The translations under genes and the position numbers were made by a program. This document shows, in pieces, positions 17,772 to 28,077 of a DNA stretch of 64,000 bases (within the stretch, counting starts at the first letter, position 1; every line of letters begins with the position of its first letter). This DNA is from a virus. Location: the IMG/VR virus record IMGVR_UViG_3300009514_000515, positions 1-64,000 of that record; one strand, written 5' to 3'. Under the pieces are notes generated by a model. It was not told the origin of the DNA, did not search any database, and saw nothing but the letters and a program-made list of their open reading frames with translations.

Positions 17772-19838
17772 TCAGGCGGCAGAGAACTGGTCGAATCCGA
17801 GATGGGCCATCTTGTCGGCCGTCGGAAGCTGACCGGCTTCCTGCTTCTCGCGAAGCTCGGACCATTCCTTCTCGGTGAAGTTCGGGCTCATGTAGCCGGA
17901 CTCGTCCGCGTCGCCTTCGAGGTAACCTGGTACCTTCTCAGCAATCTGGTCGGGGTCCCAGCCGTCCTTTTCGGGGACACTGGGGTGGAGAGCGGCTTCG
18001 ATGATCGAACCATCGGCGTTACGGAAGATTCCGACCTGACGCTCCAGGTGGTCACTCATGATGTCAAGGCGGCGGGCCAGGTCAGTGGCGATGTCCTCGG
18101 GGACGTTCATCTCAGCGTGGGCTGAGATGAACAGCTCGGCGTAGCGCTGAAGACCAGCGACGATCTGCTGTGCACCCTTCTTCGTCATCTTGGACATGTC
18201 TGTACTCCAGGAATGAATGTGTCTTGCGGAGACACGAGGGTGGCGTTCGCTGTCTCGGCTCACCTCTCCGCTATTACTGCCCTTCGTATAGAGAGACGAA
18301 CGAGGAAAATCTGAACCAACCCGCTTATGGTTGAGGCTCAGGTCCTTGTCGTCACCCCTATCTCCAGTGTCGACATCGGGGTCGTCGACGTGAACCCTTT
18401 CTCGCCGCTTGTCCTTGCGTGGCGGCTTTTTCTTCGGATTCGGACGGACCAGTCTCTCGGACTCTTCGTCCTCTTTCTCACTGTCAGTCTTCGTCGCTTT
18501 CTTAAAATTCTCGACCACGGTGCCGTCGTGGAGAAAACGGTCCACCAGTCCCGGCACCAGGTAATCGGACTTGAGAGTCGAAGGCTCGTGACCGACGACC
18601 TTCGCGACCTCTTCCAAGGCCTTCTTCAGCTCGTCCTTGAGAATCTTGTCCTTCTCCTTGCGTCCTGACGGAAGTTTCGATCCCTTGCTCCGGACGGCCT
18701 TGAGAGCGGTCACCATCTCCCGGTTGGCGTGGAATCCGCGGATGTCCTTCGCTGTGATGCCGTGCTCCTTGAGGTACTTGTTGACCTCACTGCCGTCGAC
18801 ACAGCGGAGGCCGTCCTTCCCTTCGCAAGTCAGGATGTGGTCGCCATCGTCCTTACCCTCAACGGCATTCTTGAGCAGGCTGACCACCTTCTTGTCAGCC
18901 ACCGTCTTCTGGTGCTTGACCCCACTCTTTCCAGTATAGGTCAGGGTGGCCTTGTTGCCGGAGAACGAGATGTGCTTGCAGCGCCAACCCGTCACCCCGA
19001 AACGGCCCTCCTTCGCCGAGGACTCGTTGCCGACCCTCTCGTAGGTCTGGTCCATCAGAGAGACGACAAGGGCCATGGTTTGCTTCGTAACATCGGAGCC
19101 GTCCAGATCACGGCTGACCTGCTTCCTCAGCTTGTCGATGCTGGTGCGGAGTTTCTCGGCCTTCTCGGCCTTGCGCTCGTTGCGGTTGGCAACCTGGCGA
19201 GGACCGTACTCGTAACGGGGCTTGCCTCCGTCAGGGTCCTCGACCTTCTTCTTGTATCTGGCCGCCACCCTCTGGGCCATGTCCAGGCTCAGGCACGCAG
19301 CCGCCACCCTCTTGGCCATGCCGGCGCCCAGACGGACCTTATGGACCTCCGGGAGACCCCACACCTCCATGGTGTCGAACTCCCAGGCGCCCTGGACGGC
19401 GATACGCTTGATTCGAGAATTGAGGGGGAGATAGGCAAGGGTCGTGTGAGGATTGTACTCACGCCAGGAGTCGGACACGTCGAACCCCGCCTGGCGCAGG
19501 CCGTTGACCAGGTTGAGGCGGTGCCACCCCATATCCTGGTCGAAGAGGACCTTCTGGAATGCCACCGAACGATTCTTGTCGTGGTGGTGGAAGTAGTCGA
19601 CACCTCCCAGGGTAGCCATCACCTTCGGCGGTAGATCACCAAGTAGGTTCTCGGTAACTCGGAGGAATTCTTCCTCCCTCTCAACCGGCACCGACCCCAC
19701 ATATAGGAACGTGCAGTGAGGGGAAGACAAGTCCTCCGGAGCCCTGGACGGGAACTGCTTAGCTAAGTCCGAGGGGAGGGGAATGAAGAATCCCACACTG
19801 TCTCGGGTGCCCGTCTTCTTACCGTCCGCTGCTGCCAT
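17772..19838 (-). CDS. 2H phosphoesterase-DNA topoisomerase IB fusion with extra C-terminal domain
   Basis: PHCTF and PHTTL (2H motifs); Topo IB core ERVGN, GVTG, YTGKSG, AKDIRG, VVGHEPSTLKSDYL. Confidence 0.85.
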   Translation of the reverse strand: MAAADGKKTGTRDSVGFFIPLPSDLAKQFPSRAPEDLSSPHCTFLYVGSVPVEREEEFLRVTENLLGDLPPKVMATLGGVDYFHHHDKNRSVAFQKVLFDQDMGWHRLNLVNGLRQAGFDVSDSWREYNPHTTLAYLPLNSRIKRIAVQGAWEFDTMEVWGLPEVHKVRLGAGMAKRVAAACLSLDMAQRVAARYKKKVEDPDGGKPRYEYGPRQVANRNERKAEKAEKLRTSIDKLRKQVSRDLDGSDVTKQTMALVVSLMDQTYERVGNESSAKEGRFGVTGWRCKHISFSGNKATLTYTGKSGVKHQKTVADKKVVSLLKNAVEGKDDGDHILTCEGKDGLRCVDGSEVNKYLKEHGITAKDIRGFHANREMVTALKAVRSKGSKLPSGRKEKDKILKDELKKALEEVAKVVGHEPSTLKSDYLVPGLVDRFLHDGTVVENFKKATKTDSEKEDEESERLVRPNPKKKPPRKDKRRERVHVDDPDVDTGDRGDDKDLSLNHKRVGSDFPRSSLYTKGSNSGEVSRDSERHPRVSARHIHSWSTDMSKMTKKGAQQIVAGLQRYAELFISAHAEMNVPEDIATDLARRLDIMSDHLERQVGIFRNADGSIIEAALHPSVPEKDGWDPDQIAEKVPGYLEGDADESGYMSPNFTEKEWSELREKQEAGQLPTADKMAHLGFDQFSAA

Positions 19839-21598
19839 TAGAACCGCCCGCCGCCCTCATCGGGCTTCTCGTAACTCATCCCGAGGTACGCGGCTGCCGT
19901 CTCGGCGGCGTTGGAGTTCTCGGCGATGTCGTCACCAAGACGACTGTATAGGCCCCTCAACAGCTCGTTGAAGTTCGGATCGTTGACGGTCATCACGTCC
20001 TTCTTCAAGCGCTCCTGGACGACACGCCAGTCAATGTTGAGGTGCTCCAGGATGGTCTGGATGTCCAAACTGCCCTTCTGGTACAAATTGAACATGTGGT
20101 CGAACGTGGTCTCGTTGTCGCGCAGACCCATGCGGGTGAATGACAGAGACGGGTAGATGACGATCTCGTCTCCGTCCTCGTCCTCCTCGACGAAGCCCAT
20201 GCGGGCGCACATCGGCTTGAGGATGTTCTCCTCGACGAACTCCTGAAGAATCTCACGCAGCAACATGTAGCGCTGGTTGATGACCTCCAGGTTGATGCGG
20301 TCGCCGCTGTAGCTCGACTCGCCGCTCAGCAGACTCTCGGTCACACCCAAACCGGCGTAGAGAAGGCGGTCGATACGGTCGTACTCGCCCGACAATTCCA
20401 GGAGACGACCGTTGGAGGGCATCTCCTCCCAATTGATTTGGTAGTTGGCGATGATGGAATGATCAGGGTCCATCAGGGACAGGTCGATCTGCTCCCTAAG
20501 GGCCTCGATGTCTCCTGCATCCATCCCCTCGGCCCACACAACACGCGTCGGCGTCATGTTGCGACTGGCAATGGACGTCTGGGCCTGGCGCAGTTTGTCA
20601 CTGTAGACCAGGGTGTGAATGACCGACTCCAGCATCGAACGCCCACGGGGCTCGTACTGGCTGCGCTGACGCGCCAGATAGGCCACAAAACTGCCCGCTT
20701 CGGGGTCCGTGTTCAGTGTAACCTTCGAACCGTCGCGTGCGGCGTTGACGACCTCAGGAGGCATCGAGTCGCGGATACGTTGGGCATGGGGATCACCCAT
20801 ATCCGCCTGGTCGACAATACTCTTGGTCTTGCCGTCGATGATGAGCTGGATGAGCTTCTTGTCGGTGAACGGAAAGCTCTCCATGTGAATCTGCTCAGGG
20901 GGCAGAATCCGGATGCGTGTCCATCCCTTGTAGTTCTTGTAGAGCCAGGCGACGTGCTTGTGCCGTGTCTCGGGGTCGTCCTTGAGATCACGGTAGCGAT
21001 AGGGCTGCCCAGTCGTCTCATCGATCCCCTCCTCGACCTCGAAGAATTCGTCCGGTTCCTCGGGGTTGGTGTCCTCACACCAGGGAAACACCTCGCCGAT
21101 CTTGTGATACTCATGAACAATTTCGAGAAGGCGCTGGAAAAGGCCGACCCGCTTAGCCCACTTGGTGCAGAACCGGAGAGACTTCTCAGCCAAAGCATGA
21201 TTTCTGGCCTGAGGAACCCCGAACCGGGTTTTGGAGAGAGGAAGCTCCGTATGAATGTCAACGGCCTGCCGAACGAACGGCACCATGTTGTAGAAGAACC
21301 GATAGTACTGCCGCTTTTCGTCAAGGCTCTGGGCCAGCTCCAGGAAGTCCGTGGACAGCTCTGGGCTGTAGAAGTTGCCGCCGGAGCCGGTCGACGTTCC
21401 TGAGATTCCTCCCAGGCCTCCCAAACCGAATCCAAGTCCCGAACCGAGACCGAGACTACCCCCACCCCCAAACCCGGAGGCGAACTTGGACCTCAGGGCC
21501 GAGGTTACGAGTCGTTGGGGTTTACCCACACGAACGGACCCGCGCTTGGGAATTTTCGCTACTACCGTGCCCTCAGAGGCTTTGGTTGGTTCAGACAT
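19838..21598 (-). CDS. Portal protein
   Basis: 586 aa downstream of terminase; RFFYNMVPFVRQAVDIH, YEPRGRSML, AGLGVTESLLSGE portal-like segments. Confidence 0.8.
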   Translation of the reverse strand: MSEPTKASEGTVVAKIPKRGSVRVGKPQRLVTSALRSKFASGFGGGGSLGLGSGLGFGLGGLGGISGTSTGSGGNFYSPELSTDFLELAQSLDEKRQYYRFFYNMVPFVRQAVDIHTELPLSKTRFGVPQARNHALAEKSLRFCTKWAKRVGLFQRLLEIVHEYHKIGEVFPWCEDTNPEEPDEFFEVEEGIDETTGQPYRYRDLKDDPETRHKHVAWLYKNYKGWTRIRILPPEQIHMESFPFTDKKLIQLIIDGKTKSIVDQADMGDPHAQRIRDSMPPEVVNAARDGSKVTLNTDPEAGSFVAYLARQRSQYEPRGRSMLESVIHTLVYSDKLRQAQTSIASRNMTPTRVVWAEGMDAGDIEALREQIDLSLMDPDHSIIANYQINWEEMPSNGRLLELSGEYDRIDRLLYAGLGVTESLLSGESSYSGDRINLEVINQRYMLLREILQEFVEENILKPMCARMGFVEEDEDGDEIVIYPSLSFTRMGLRDNETTFDHMFNLYQKGSLDIQTILEHLNIDWRVVQERLKKDVMTVNDPNFNELLRGLYSRLGDDIAENSNAAETAAAYLGMSYEKPDEGGGRF

Positions 21599-21612
21599 GA
21601 GTTACCACTCTC

Positions 21613-22251
21613 TCAACGGGGACGGGCTCGTCGGGTCAAACGTCTGGACAAGAACCCACCCCGGTGGAGAGCCGCTTGGACTCTCTCTACAATCTTGCGA
21701 GCGGCCTCCAGACGAACGGTCTCGGCATCCCGTGTCCGTTCCAGGAGGTCCACCATACCCTGGAGACTCCCCTTTACCTCCAAGGTCGTGTGAAGCAAAT
21801 CATTCTCAAGCTGAACGAGAGGTGGTGACCCCTCGCCTTGGGGGACCCTCAACACACCCTCAACCTCGCCAAGGTGGTCGAGCGCAGTGCGGAGGTTTGC
21901 CAGGCGACGCTGAGTAGCTTCCTCACGGTTATGAGAGGCTGTCACCAGGTTCAACAGACCAAGAGAGACCTGGCGAGTTTTCTCACTCAGGTCCTCGACA
22001 AGGTTGGACAGGATGCGGTCGTCCCCTGTCCGACTACCCTCGACGCTTCGAGGCAGAAGACGCTCGACCCTCGTAAGCTCCAGGAGAACCCCTCTGAGGC
22101 GTCCCGCCTGTGAGGGGGACTTCACCCTGGCCACCCGTCGTCGATGGCCCTCGGCCACGTCGAGGGCCGACTCAAGGGCAGAAATGGCCGCCCCCACATA
22201 GCTGCCGAACTGGCGTGTCAGGGGTGTCGCTCCAGTCAGGTGTCGGGACAA
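21613..22251 (-). CDS. Helical hypothetical protein
   Basis: GGAGGTG RBS; lies between terL and portal. Confidence 0.55.
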   Translation of the reverse strand: MSRHLTGATPLTRQFGSYVGAAISALESALDVAEGHRRRVARVKSPSQAGRLRGVLLELTRVERLLPRSVEGSRTGDDRILSNLVEDLSEKTRQVSLGLLNLVTASHNREEATQRRLANLRTALDHLGEVEGVLRVPQGEGSPPLVQLENDLLHTTLEVKGSLQGMVDLLERTRDAETVRLEAARKIVERVQAALHRGGFLSRRLTRRARPR

Positions 22252-22254
22252 AGG

Positions 22255-24213
22255 TCACCTCCTTCGGAGATTCTGGCGAGGGAATTGACGGGACGAATGG
22301 CTGCCTCCCAGCAGGGACCGACGACGTGCCGCCAGTCGAGGACTGAGACCCACTGACCTCTGGGCATCCAGGTCATCTCCTGAACGCAAGCTCCGTCCCT
22401 TGGCCAGGTATCTGACGTTACCGAGCTTCTGGCTAGCCAGCCACACCGCGCGGACAAGAGCATCGGCTCGGTCATCATGGAGGTCGTCTCCGCCTTGGGG
22501 GGCTTCGACCCTCGACACGTAGCGGGAGACCTTCTCTTCCTCTAGGAGGAGAAGCTCCTCGATGTAGTCGCAGTGATCCTGGCCAGGGGGGATACCCGGC
22601 CAGTCACTTCGAGCGACACCGTCGGGCGGGTCCTGCCAGTCGTAGAGGACCAGACGGCCATCCCACATCATGTTCTTGAAGTTACGGAACATCTCGGTCC
22701 GCTCGACCGGAGAGAACCGCTTGCTCTCAATCTTGCGGAGGCCCTTGCGCTCCAGGTGCTGGACCAGCGGGATGCCGCCGACAGCCTGGTCAAGAAGTCC
22801 CTCAGAGATATAGAACCGACGGTGCAGCTTAAGGAACCAATCAGCGATGTGCTCCTCGAAGTCCAGGCGGTCGACATCGACGTACTCCCCGATGCCGGCC
22901 CGAATCCACCCGAGGTAGTCCAAGACAATTCTCTGGTCCGGACTGATGTGGACCAGGGCAACGGCAGTGCCATCACCACCCTTGGTGACACCAACGTCGG
23001 CCCCCAGAAAATGAGGCCTCTTGGCCGGAGCCCTATGGGACGGCCTGAGCCTCGGGTCGATGCACTTCTCCAGGTCTTCGGACTTCTCAATCCAGGTCAG
23101 CTTGCGGCTGTCGAACTGGGCGCCGTACTCAGAGAAGAATCCGGTCGGGTCGTCGACGTACTCGGACTCGAAGAAGTTGCCGGATATGGTCGGGTTGACC
23201 TCCCAGGTCGGGGCCTGGATGCACAACACGTCGTCAGGAAGATACCAACCGTCTCGGAACTGCTTGTAGAACCAGCCGCCCCGTCCGTTGGGGGAGCTGA
23301 TGAGAATGACTTTGGCATCCGTCTGTCCGTCGACCAGGGGCCGATGGGGGTTATTCGGGTCCTTCGGCTCGAACATGGCACGTGAGGGGCCGACGGCTTT
23401 GTAGACCTCCGCGGCCGAGGATTGGCCCTTGTTCACGAAGTGGGCGACCTCGTCCAGAATGATGACGATGTTGCCAGCACCGCGAAGACCCTTGGCCACA
23501 CAGGAGTAGAACGTGACGAGGACGGTCGACAGCGTCGCATTGTTGTTTGGGTCGAAGCGCCCGTAGGTACCGATGTCGTACTGAGACTGGAAGCTGCTGT
23601 AGGTCTTCGTCATGTTCGCCTGGTAGGGGTCGAACCGCGAACACCCGAGGAAGTGACTCTTGACCTTCGAATAGAGGATGCCGGCCTGGTCCTTACCGGT
23701 GGCGACAGAACAGACCTTGATCTCCTCACCCTGGCCGATACCATAGTGGGCCTGGGGATTGGGAAGTCTCAGGAGACGGTCGGTCTCATAGGCCCCAATC
23801 CACCCCGCAAGCTCGGTCTTGCCCGAGCGGCGGCCAATCGGGAGGACGAGCTTGCTCCGGACGACTCCTGGCTCGACCTCGCGGATGTTGCAGCGCTCGT
23901 TGTCGTAGAGCCACCGAAGGTAGTCGGCCTCGGTGAACGACTTGAACTTCTTGCGCCGCCAGTCAGAGATGACAACAGCATCCTTGTCCTTCTCGTCGAG
24001 GGCGATGCCGTAGAAGGCCTTGAGGATGACCCGCTGTACCGGGAAGGGACGAACACGGCCGGTGGTGTTGAGCCCCCAGGGCTTCTCGATGAAATCGACA
24101 ATGTTGGGGCCCCTCGCGGCCACAGTAGAGGCGGTGGACGATGACGTACCGCCCCGGTAGACCCCGCGGGTGAGGTCCCCAAGACCAGTTCTGCCCCTAC
24201 TCCTCTTCGCCAC
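22255..24213 (-). CDS. terL: Terminase large subunit
   Basis: Walker A GRRSGKT, Walker B ILDE, coupling motif ISSP, RNase H-like GADVG...DGTA and HDDRADA. Confidence 0.93.
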   Translation of the reverse strand: MAKRSRGRTGLGDLTRGVYRGGTSSSTASTVAARGPNIVDFIEKPWGLNTTGRVRPFPVQRVILKAFYGIALDEKDKDAVVISDWRRKKFKSFTEADYLRWLYDNERCNIREVEPGVVRSKLVLPIGRRSGKTELAGWIGAYETDRLLRLPNPQAHYGIGQGEEIKVCSVATGKDQAGILYSKVKSHFLGCSRFDPYQANMTKTYSSFQSQYDIGTYGRFDPNNNATLSTVLVTFYSCVAKGLRGAGNIVIILDEVAHFVNKGQSSAAEVYKAVGPSRAMFEPKDPNNPHRPLVDGQTDAKVILISSPNGRGGWFYKQFRDGWYLPDDVLCIQAPTWEVNPTISGNFFESEYVDDPTGFFSEYGAQFDSRKLTWIEKSEDLEKCIDPRLRPSHRAPAKRPHFLGADVGVTKGGDGTAVALVHISPDQRIVLDYLGWIRAGIGEYVDVDRLDFEEHIADWFLKLHRRFYISEGLLDQAVGGIPLVQHLERKGLRKIESKRFSPVERTEMFRNFKNMMWDGRLVLYDWQDPPDGVARSDWPGIPPGQDHCDYIEELLLLEEEKVSRYVSRVEAPQGGDDLHDDRADALVRAVWLASQKLGNVRYLAKGRSLRSGDDLDAQRSVGLSPRLAARRRSLLGGSHSSRQFPRQNLRRR

Positions 24214-24224
24214 CGCCTACCTCC

Positions 24225-24980
24225 TCAATTCAGTGCAGGAGCAGCGTCGCCGCGCTGACCTTGGAGGGCCTTACTTCGCCACTCCTCGGTCTCGACCTCA
24301 CTTGCAAATTCGGAGAGGACCAGGCTGATCATCTCGGCGTCCACACCAGACCTGACCATCGCGTCACGTAGGGTCTCGACGACGAGAACGAAGATGGCCC
24401 GGAAAGCAGAACTCTCCAGGTCGACTTCCTGGTTCTTGAGTTTCTGCTCGATGCGCTTGACCGAGGCGTCTCGGAGGGACGTCAGGATGATGGAGTGTCG
24501 ACGAGCCAGTTGGCTGACCGGGGTCCCGAGGCGGACCGCCTCGCCGATCTCGAACTCGATGGACGCCGCCGACTCCGCCAGCTTCAACATGACCTGGCGA
24601 AGGACGTTGACGGACTCGAAGTCCCCCTCGATGGAGCGACGAAGGGGGTCGTTGGCCAGGAACTTCTGACGCTGTCTCCCCAGCTCCTCGACCATCGCAT
24701 TAGCAGGCTTGATATCGACGTGGACCTTCTTCTGAGGGCGGCGGCCAGGTTCTCCTCTCTGAACGTTGGGTGTGCCGTCGCTCTTGAAAATGATGATGTC
24801 CTCGTCTCGCAGGTCAGCCAGAGGACGCCACTTGGTCTTGCCCTTCTCGTCAACAACGTTGATACGCTGCACTTCCTTGGACAGGCCAGCCAGAATCGTC
24901 CTCTTCTCCTCAAGAGACTGAGGCTTCTTCGGGATGGTGAGTCCGGCGTTCTTGCCTCCCTTCTTTCGTTTGCTTGCCAT
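24225..24980 (-). CDS. Possible terminase small subunit
   Basis: Basic N-terminus and helical C-terminus directly upstream of terL (positional inference only). Confidence 0.4.
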   Translation of the reverse strand: MASKRKKGGKNAGLTIPKKPQSLEEKRTILAGLSKEVQRINVVDEKGKTKWRPLADLRDEDIIIFKSDGTPNVQRGEPGRRPQKKVHVDIKPANAMVEELGRQRQKFLANDPLRRSIEGDFESVNVLRQVMLKLAESAASIEFEIGEAVRLGTPVSQLARRHSIILTSLRDASVKRIEQKLKNQEVDLESSAFRAIFVLVVETLRDAMVRSGVDAEMISLVLSEFASEVETEEWRSKALQGQRGDAAPALN

Positions 24981-24988
24981 GGTGTCCC

Positions 24989-25819
24989 TCAGCTGATGGC
25001 AGGGGGGCCCACGGAGGGACCACCAACAGCCAGCGAACCCCCGTCGGGGGACAGCGTGAAGTGAGTCACCGTACCCCCCTGGTCGGCCTCGAAGAGAACT
25101 TCGCCCGGACCAGCCGGACCGACGATAGTCACGTCGGCACCTACCGAGGACGCGCTGAACCCCGGGAGGTTGTCGATGGCCGCGGCGAGAGCCGTGGCAG
25201 ACGCCGTAGCGTCGCCGAGGGTGGTCTCCCACTGCAACCCGACCACCAGAGTGAAGTCGCCGAGGCGGATAGTCGTCTTACCCTGAGAGACACCTCCCAG
25301 AAGGGAATCCCCACTAAGGGCGATGTCAGTGGGGTTGTCCGTTGCCAGACTGACGTTGCCTGCCGTGCCGGTGGCCACAGCGACCAAACACACCGAAGGA
25401 GACTCGTCTGTCGCAGTGACATCGCCGGAGAAACTGTTGGCGCCGTCATTGATGGCGGCGACAATGTCGGCCACGACACCAGCGAGGGTGCCTGAGGAGA
25501 CACTGAAGTCGTCGGAACCTGGAGTCCTCGCCCCCGCCACTGCGGTCAGGGGGTTGCCGTTGATGGTGATGGTGTCGCCAGCCGTCGGGACCCCTATCAG
25601 AGTAATGACGGCAGTCGCCAGGACGTCCTGGAGGACGAAGTTGGCATCGTCGATGGTGATGGTCCCACCGGAGGCCGACGGAGCATCTGTCAACAGAGCG
25701 AGGCGAGCCTGGTTCTGGTCGTCCAGGACGATCTGCTGAGTGAACTTGCGGCGCGTCGTTCCGGGCGGCGGGGCGACCAGAATCTCGAACGGGCCAGGAG
25801 CTGTGAACTTGCGGGCCAT
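24989..25819 (-). CDS. Virion structural protein (beta-rich)
   Basis: GGAGGT RBS; Thr/Gly/Ala-rich, GDTITING motif, two internal similar units. Confidence 0.6.
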   Translation of the reverse strand: MARKFTAPGPFEILVAPPPGTTRRKFTQQIVLDDQNQARLALLTDAPSASGGTITIDDANFVLQDVLATAVITLIGVPTAGDTITINGNPLTAVAGARTPGSDDFSVSSGTLAGVVADIVAAINDGANSFSGDVTATDESPSVCLVAVATGTAGNVSLATDNPTDIALSGDSLLGGVSQGKTTIRLGDFTLVVGLQWETTLGDATASATALAAAIDNLPGFSASSVGADVTIVGPAGPGEVLFEADQGGTVTHFTLSPDGGSLAVGGPSVGPPAIS

Positions 25820-25822
25820 GGG

Positions 25823-28072
25823 TTACCTCCTCGGAGCGAATGTCCAGCCGGCCAGGCGAGGATGCTTGGGCAGCTCCTCTCGTCCTCGGGGCACTCCCGT
25901 AATACCGGGCTCGTCGGTCTCTACGACATACCGCGTTAGCGTCGAGAACTGACGACCACCGGGCATGCGCTTGATGTCTTTCTTGGTCGGTGGAGGCCCT
26001 TTGGCGCGCTCCGCCGGGATGATGTTGGATAGAGCACCAGAGTCGTGGAACTGCTTGACCTCACGCCGCTCGGGATTGTCGAAGAAGTAGCTCTCGGCGG
26101 TTAGGGGGTTGATAGGGTGCGAAGCGAACCAAAGGCGACGGAAGTCCTGAGCAGCCTTCTTGCCCTGTTCATCGACCATCTTCTGGAGGGACTTCTCGAT
26201 AACCTCCTCGTCGGGCTTGATGAGCTTGCGCGCCAGTTCGTCGAAGAACTCACCGAAATCGGCCTGGGCAGGAACCTCGTCCCCAACCTCGGACTCTTCC
26301 TCCCCAGACTCGACCTCGGACTCCTCGGTGGAGAACAAAAGGCGCAAACCGGCTTTCTTGGGCTTCTCGCGCTTCTCCTTCTTGTGCCCCCTCTCGATCT
26401 CTTTGTCCTCGCGGGCTCGCTCGGACTCGACGACTTCCCGCTCGGCTTCTCCAGAGGGGCCCGCCTGGGCGTAGTCCTCAGTCAGACGAGATATTTCTTT
26501 GACGGAGTCTTGGAGGCTCTTGGTCAGTGTGCGGGAGCGGTTGTGGGCATCTGAAACATCCCGCCCACCTTCCTCGACCTTGTCCTTGAGCTTGCGCAGC
26601 TTGTCGTCTTCTGGGTCGAGCTTCTTCTCGGCCTCGGCCAGGTCCTTCTTGGCCTGCTCCAGGGCCTTGGTGGCTTCGTCCCAGTCCTTGTTCGCCTCGT
26701 TGAGCTGAGTCTGCTGGTCTTCCAGCTTGATCTTGGCCTGGTCGTGCTTCTTCGAGTACTCCTGGTACCGCTTGCGCTTCTCCATCGCCGTCTCGGTGCC
26801 CTCGGGCTTGCCGGCGAACTCCAGCATGCTGTCCAGGATGTGTTCGATGGCGAACGCCAGGAACGAAGACGGACGACCCTTGGCCACCTCTGGCGGGAGG
26901 TTCTTGGCGAGGTTCTCGGCGAACTGGCGCTTGGTCTTCTCATCAGGGATAAGATCGCTAATCTCGGTCGACCCCTTGGCCTCGACCTCCTCCTGCATCT
27001 CCTCCTCGACCTTCGGGAACATCTTCTTCTTGAGGTCCTCGACCTGGCTGTCTAGCTCCTTATCGGTCATCTTATCGACCTCAGAGAGCCACTTGACGAC
27101 CTCACGATTCTTGAGTTTGTTGGCCAAACCGACGATGCGCTGACGAATGCTCGACTTGCTCTTGCCCAAGTACTCATCGATGAGCGCCTGGTCGTGTTCT
27201 GAGACGTCCTCGGCCTTCCCTTTGGCCTTGTCCTGCTCAGCCTTGAGGTCCTCCGGGGACTCCTCGGGGCGAGCCTCCTCGGGTTTCTTCTTCTTCGGAT
27301 GTGGCTTTTCGTCAGGCCCGTCCTTCGAGACCTCGGTCTCATCGAACTTCTGGCGGGTGTCCGGGCGGTCATCGAACTTCTGGCGGGTGTCCGGGCGGTC
27401 AATCCCCTCTACCCAGTCCCCCCACTCCTTGCGGTTAAGGGCCTTCTCTCCCTTGTCTCTCTTGCGCTTGACGTACGCCCGGTAGTCAGGGTCCTGCTCA
27501 CGACGTTCGACCCCCTTGGCCTCCAAAGAGAACCAGGCGAGGCGGAGCCGGCTTGACGCGAGGCGGTCCATGTCCCGTCGAGCGATGCGCTGACGCAGGA
27601 GGTAGATGTGACTCTCGTGGTCGTTCGCCAGAGACATCAGGAAGTCGTCGAGGCCGAGGGTCAGTACATCCAGTCTTTTGAGGATGTCGTAGACACTCTT
27701 GAGGGCCTTCTGGAGGTCCTGTTCACTCCTCAGACTGCGACGGTGGGGACAAGTGTAGATGGACCAACTACGAAGCCACTCTGTAGCCTTGTCGACCTGA
27801 CTCTCGTTGGAGAACGGGTAGATGCCCTCGGCCGGATCTCCCAGGAGGCCAACGACCTTCTCCGCTAGGGTGTCAACCTCCTGGCCCAGGTTGTTGTAGA
27901 GCCTCTCGAACAACAGGTGGTCGCCGTAGTAGGCGTTACCATGCACCTGCCAGTGGCAGGTCTGGTAATTCCACCTCTGAGCACGCAGCAGTGCCAACAC
28001 CTCCGTGAGATACCCACGGAGGGCCTGGCGTGCAGGGTCCGCCACGCGGTCTGTGGGGCGTCGTGTCTGCAT
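25823..28072 (-). CDS. Dps/ferritin-like domain fused to a long charged coiled-coil
   Basis: YQTCHWQVHG...DHLLFERLY...EVDTLAEK Dps ferroxidase signature, followed by ~570 K/E-rich residues. Confidence 0.8.
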   Translation of the reverse strand: MQTRRPTDRVADPARQALRGYLTEVLALLRAQRWNYQTCHWQVHGNAYYGDHLLFERLYNNLGQEVDTLAEKVVGLLGDPAEGIYPFSNESQVDKATEWLRSWSIYTCPHRRSLRSEQDLQKALKSVYDILKRLDVLTLGLDDFLMSLANDHESHIYLLRQRIARRDMDRLASSRLRLAWFSLEAKGVERREQDPDYRAYVKRKRDKGEKALNRKEWGDWVEGIDRPDTRQKFDDRPDTRQKFDETEVSKDGPDEKPHPKKKKPEEARPEESPEDLKAEQDKAKGKAEDVSEHDQALIDEYLGKSKSSIRQRIVGLANKLKNREVVKWLSEVDKMTDKELDSQVEDLKKKMFPKVEEEMQEEVEAKGSTEISDLIPDEKTKRQFAENLAKNLPPEVAKGRPSSFLAFAIEHILDSMLEFAGKPEGTETAMEKRKRYQEYSKKHDQAKIKLEDQQTQLNEANKDWDEATKALEQAKKDLAEAEKKLDPEDDKLRKLKDKVEEGGRDVSDAHNRSRTLTKSLQDSVKEISRLTEDYAQAGPSGEAEREVVESERAREDKEIERGHKKEKREKPKKAGLRLLFSTEESEVESGEEESEVGDEVPAQADFGEFFDELARKLIKPDEEVIEKSLQKMVDEQGKKAAQDFRRLWFASHPINPLTAESYFFDNPERREVKQFHDSGALSNIIPAERAKGPPPTKKDIKRMPGGRQFSTLTRYVVETDEPGITGVPRGREELPKHPRLAGWTFAPRR
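27341..27400. repeat. Perfect 30-bp tandem duplication (in frame, DRPDTRQKFD x2)
   Basis: atcgaacttctggcgggtgtccgggcggtc x2. Confidence 0.92.
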
Positions 28073-28077
28073 GTGCC

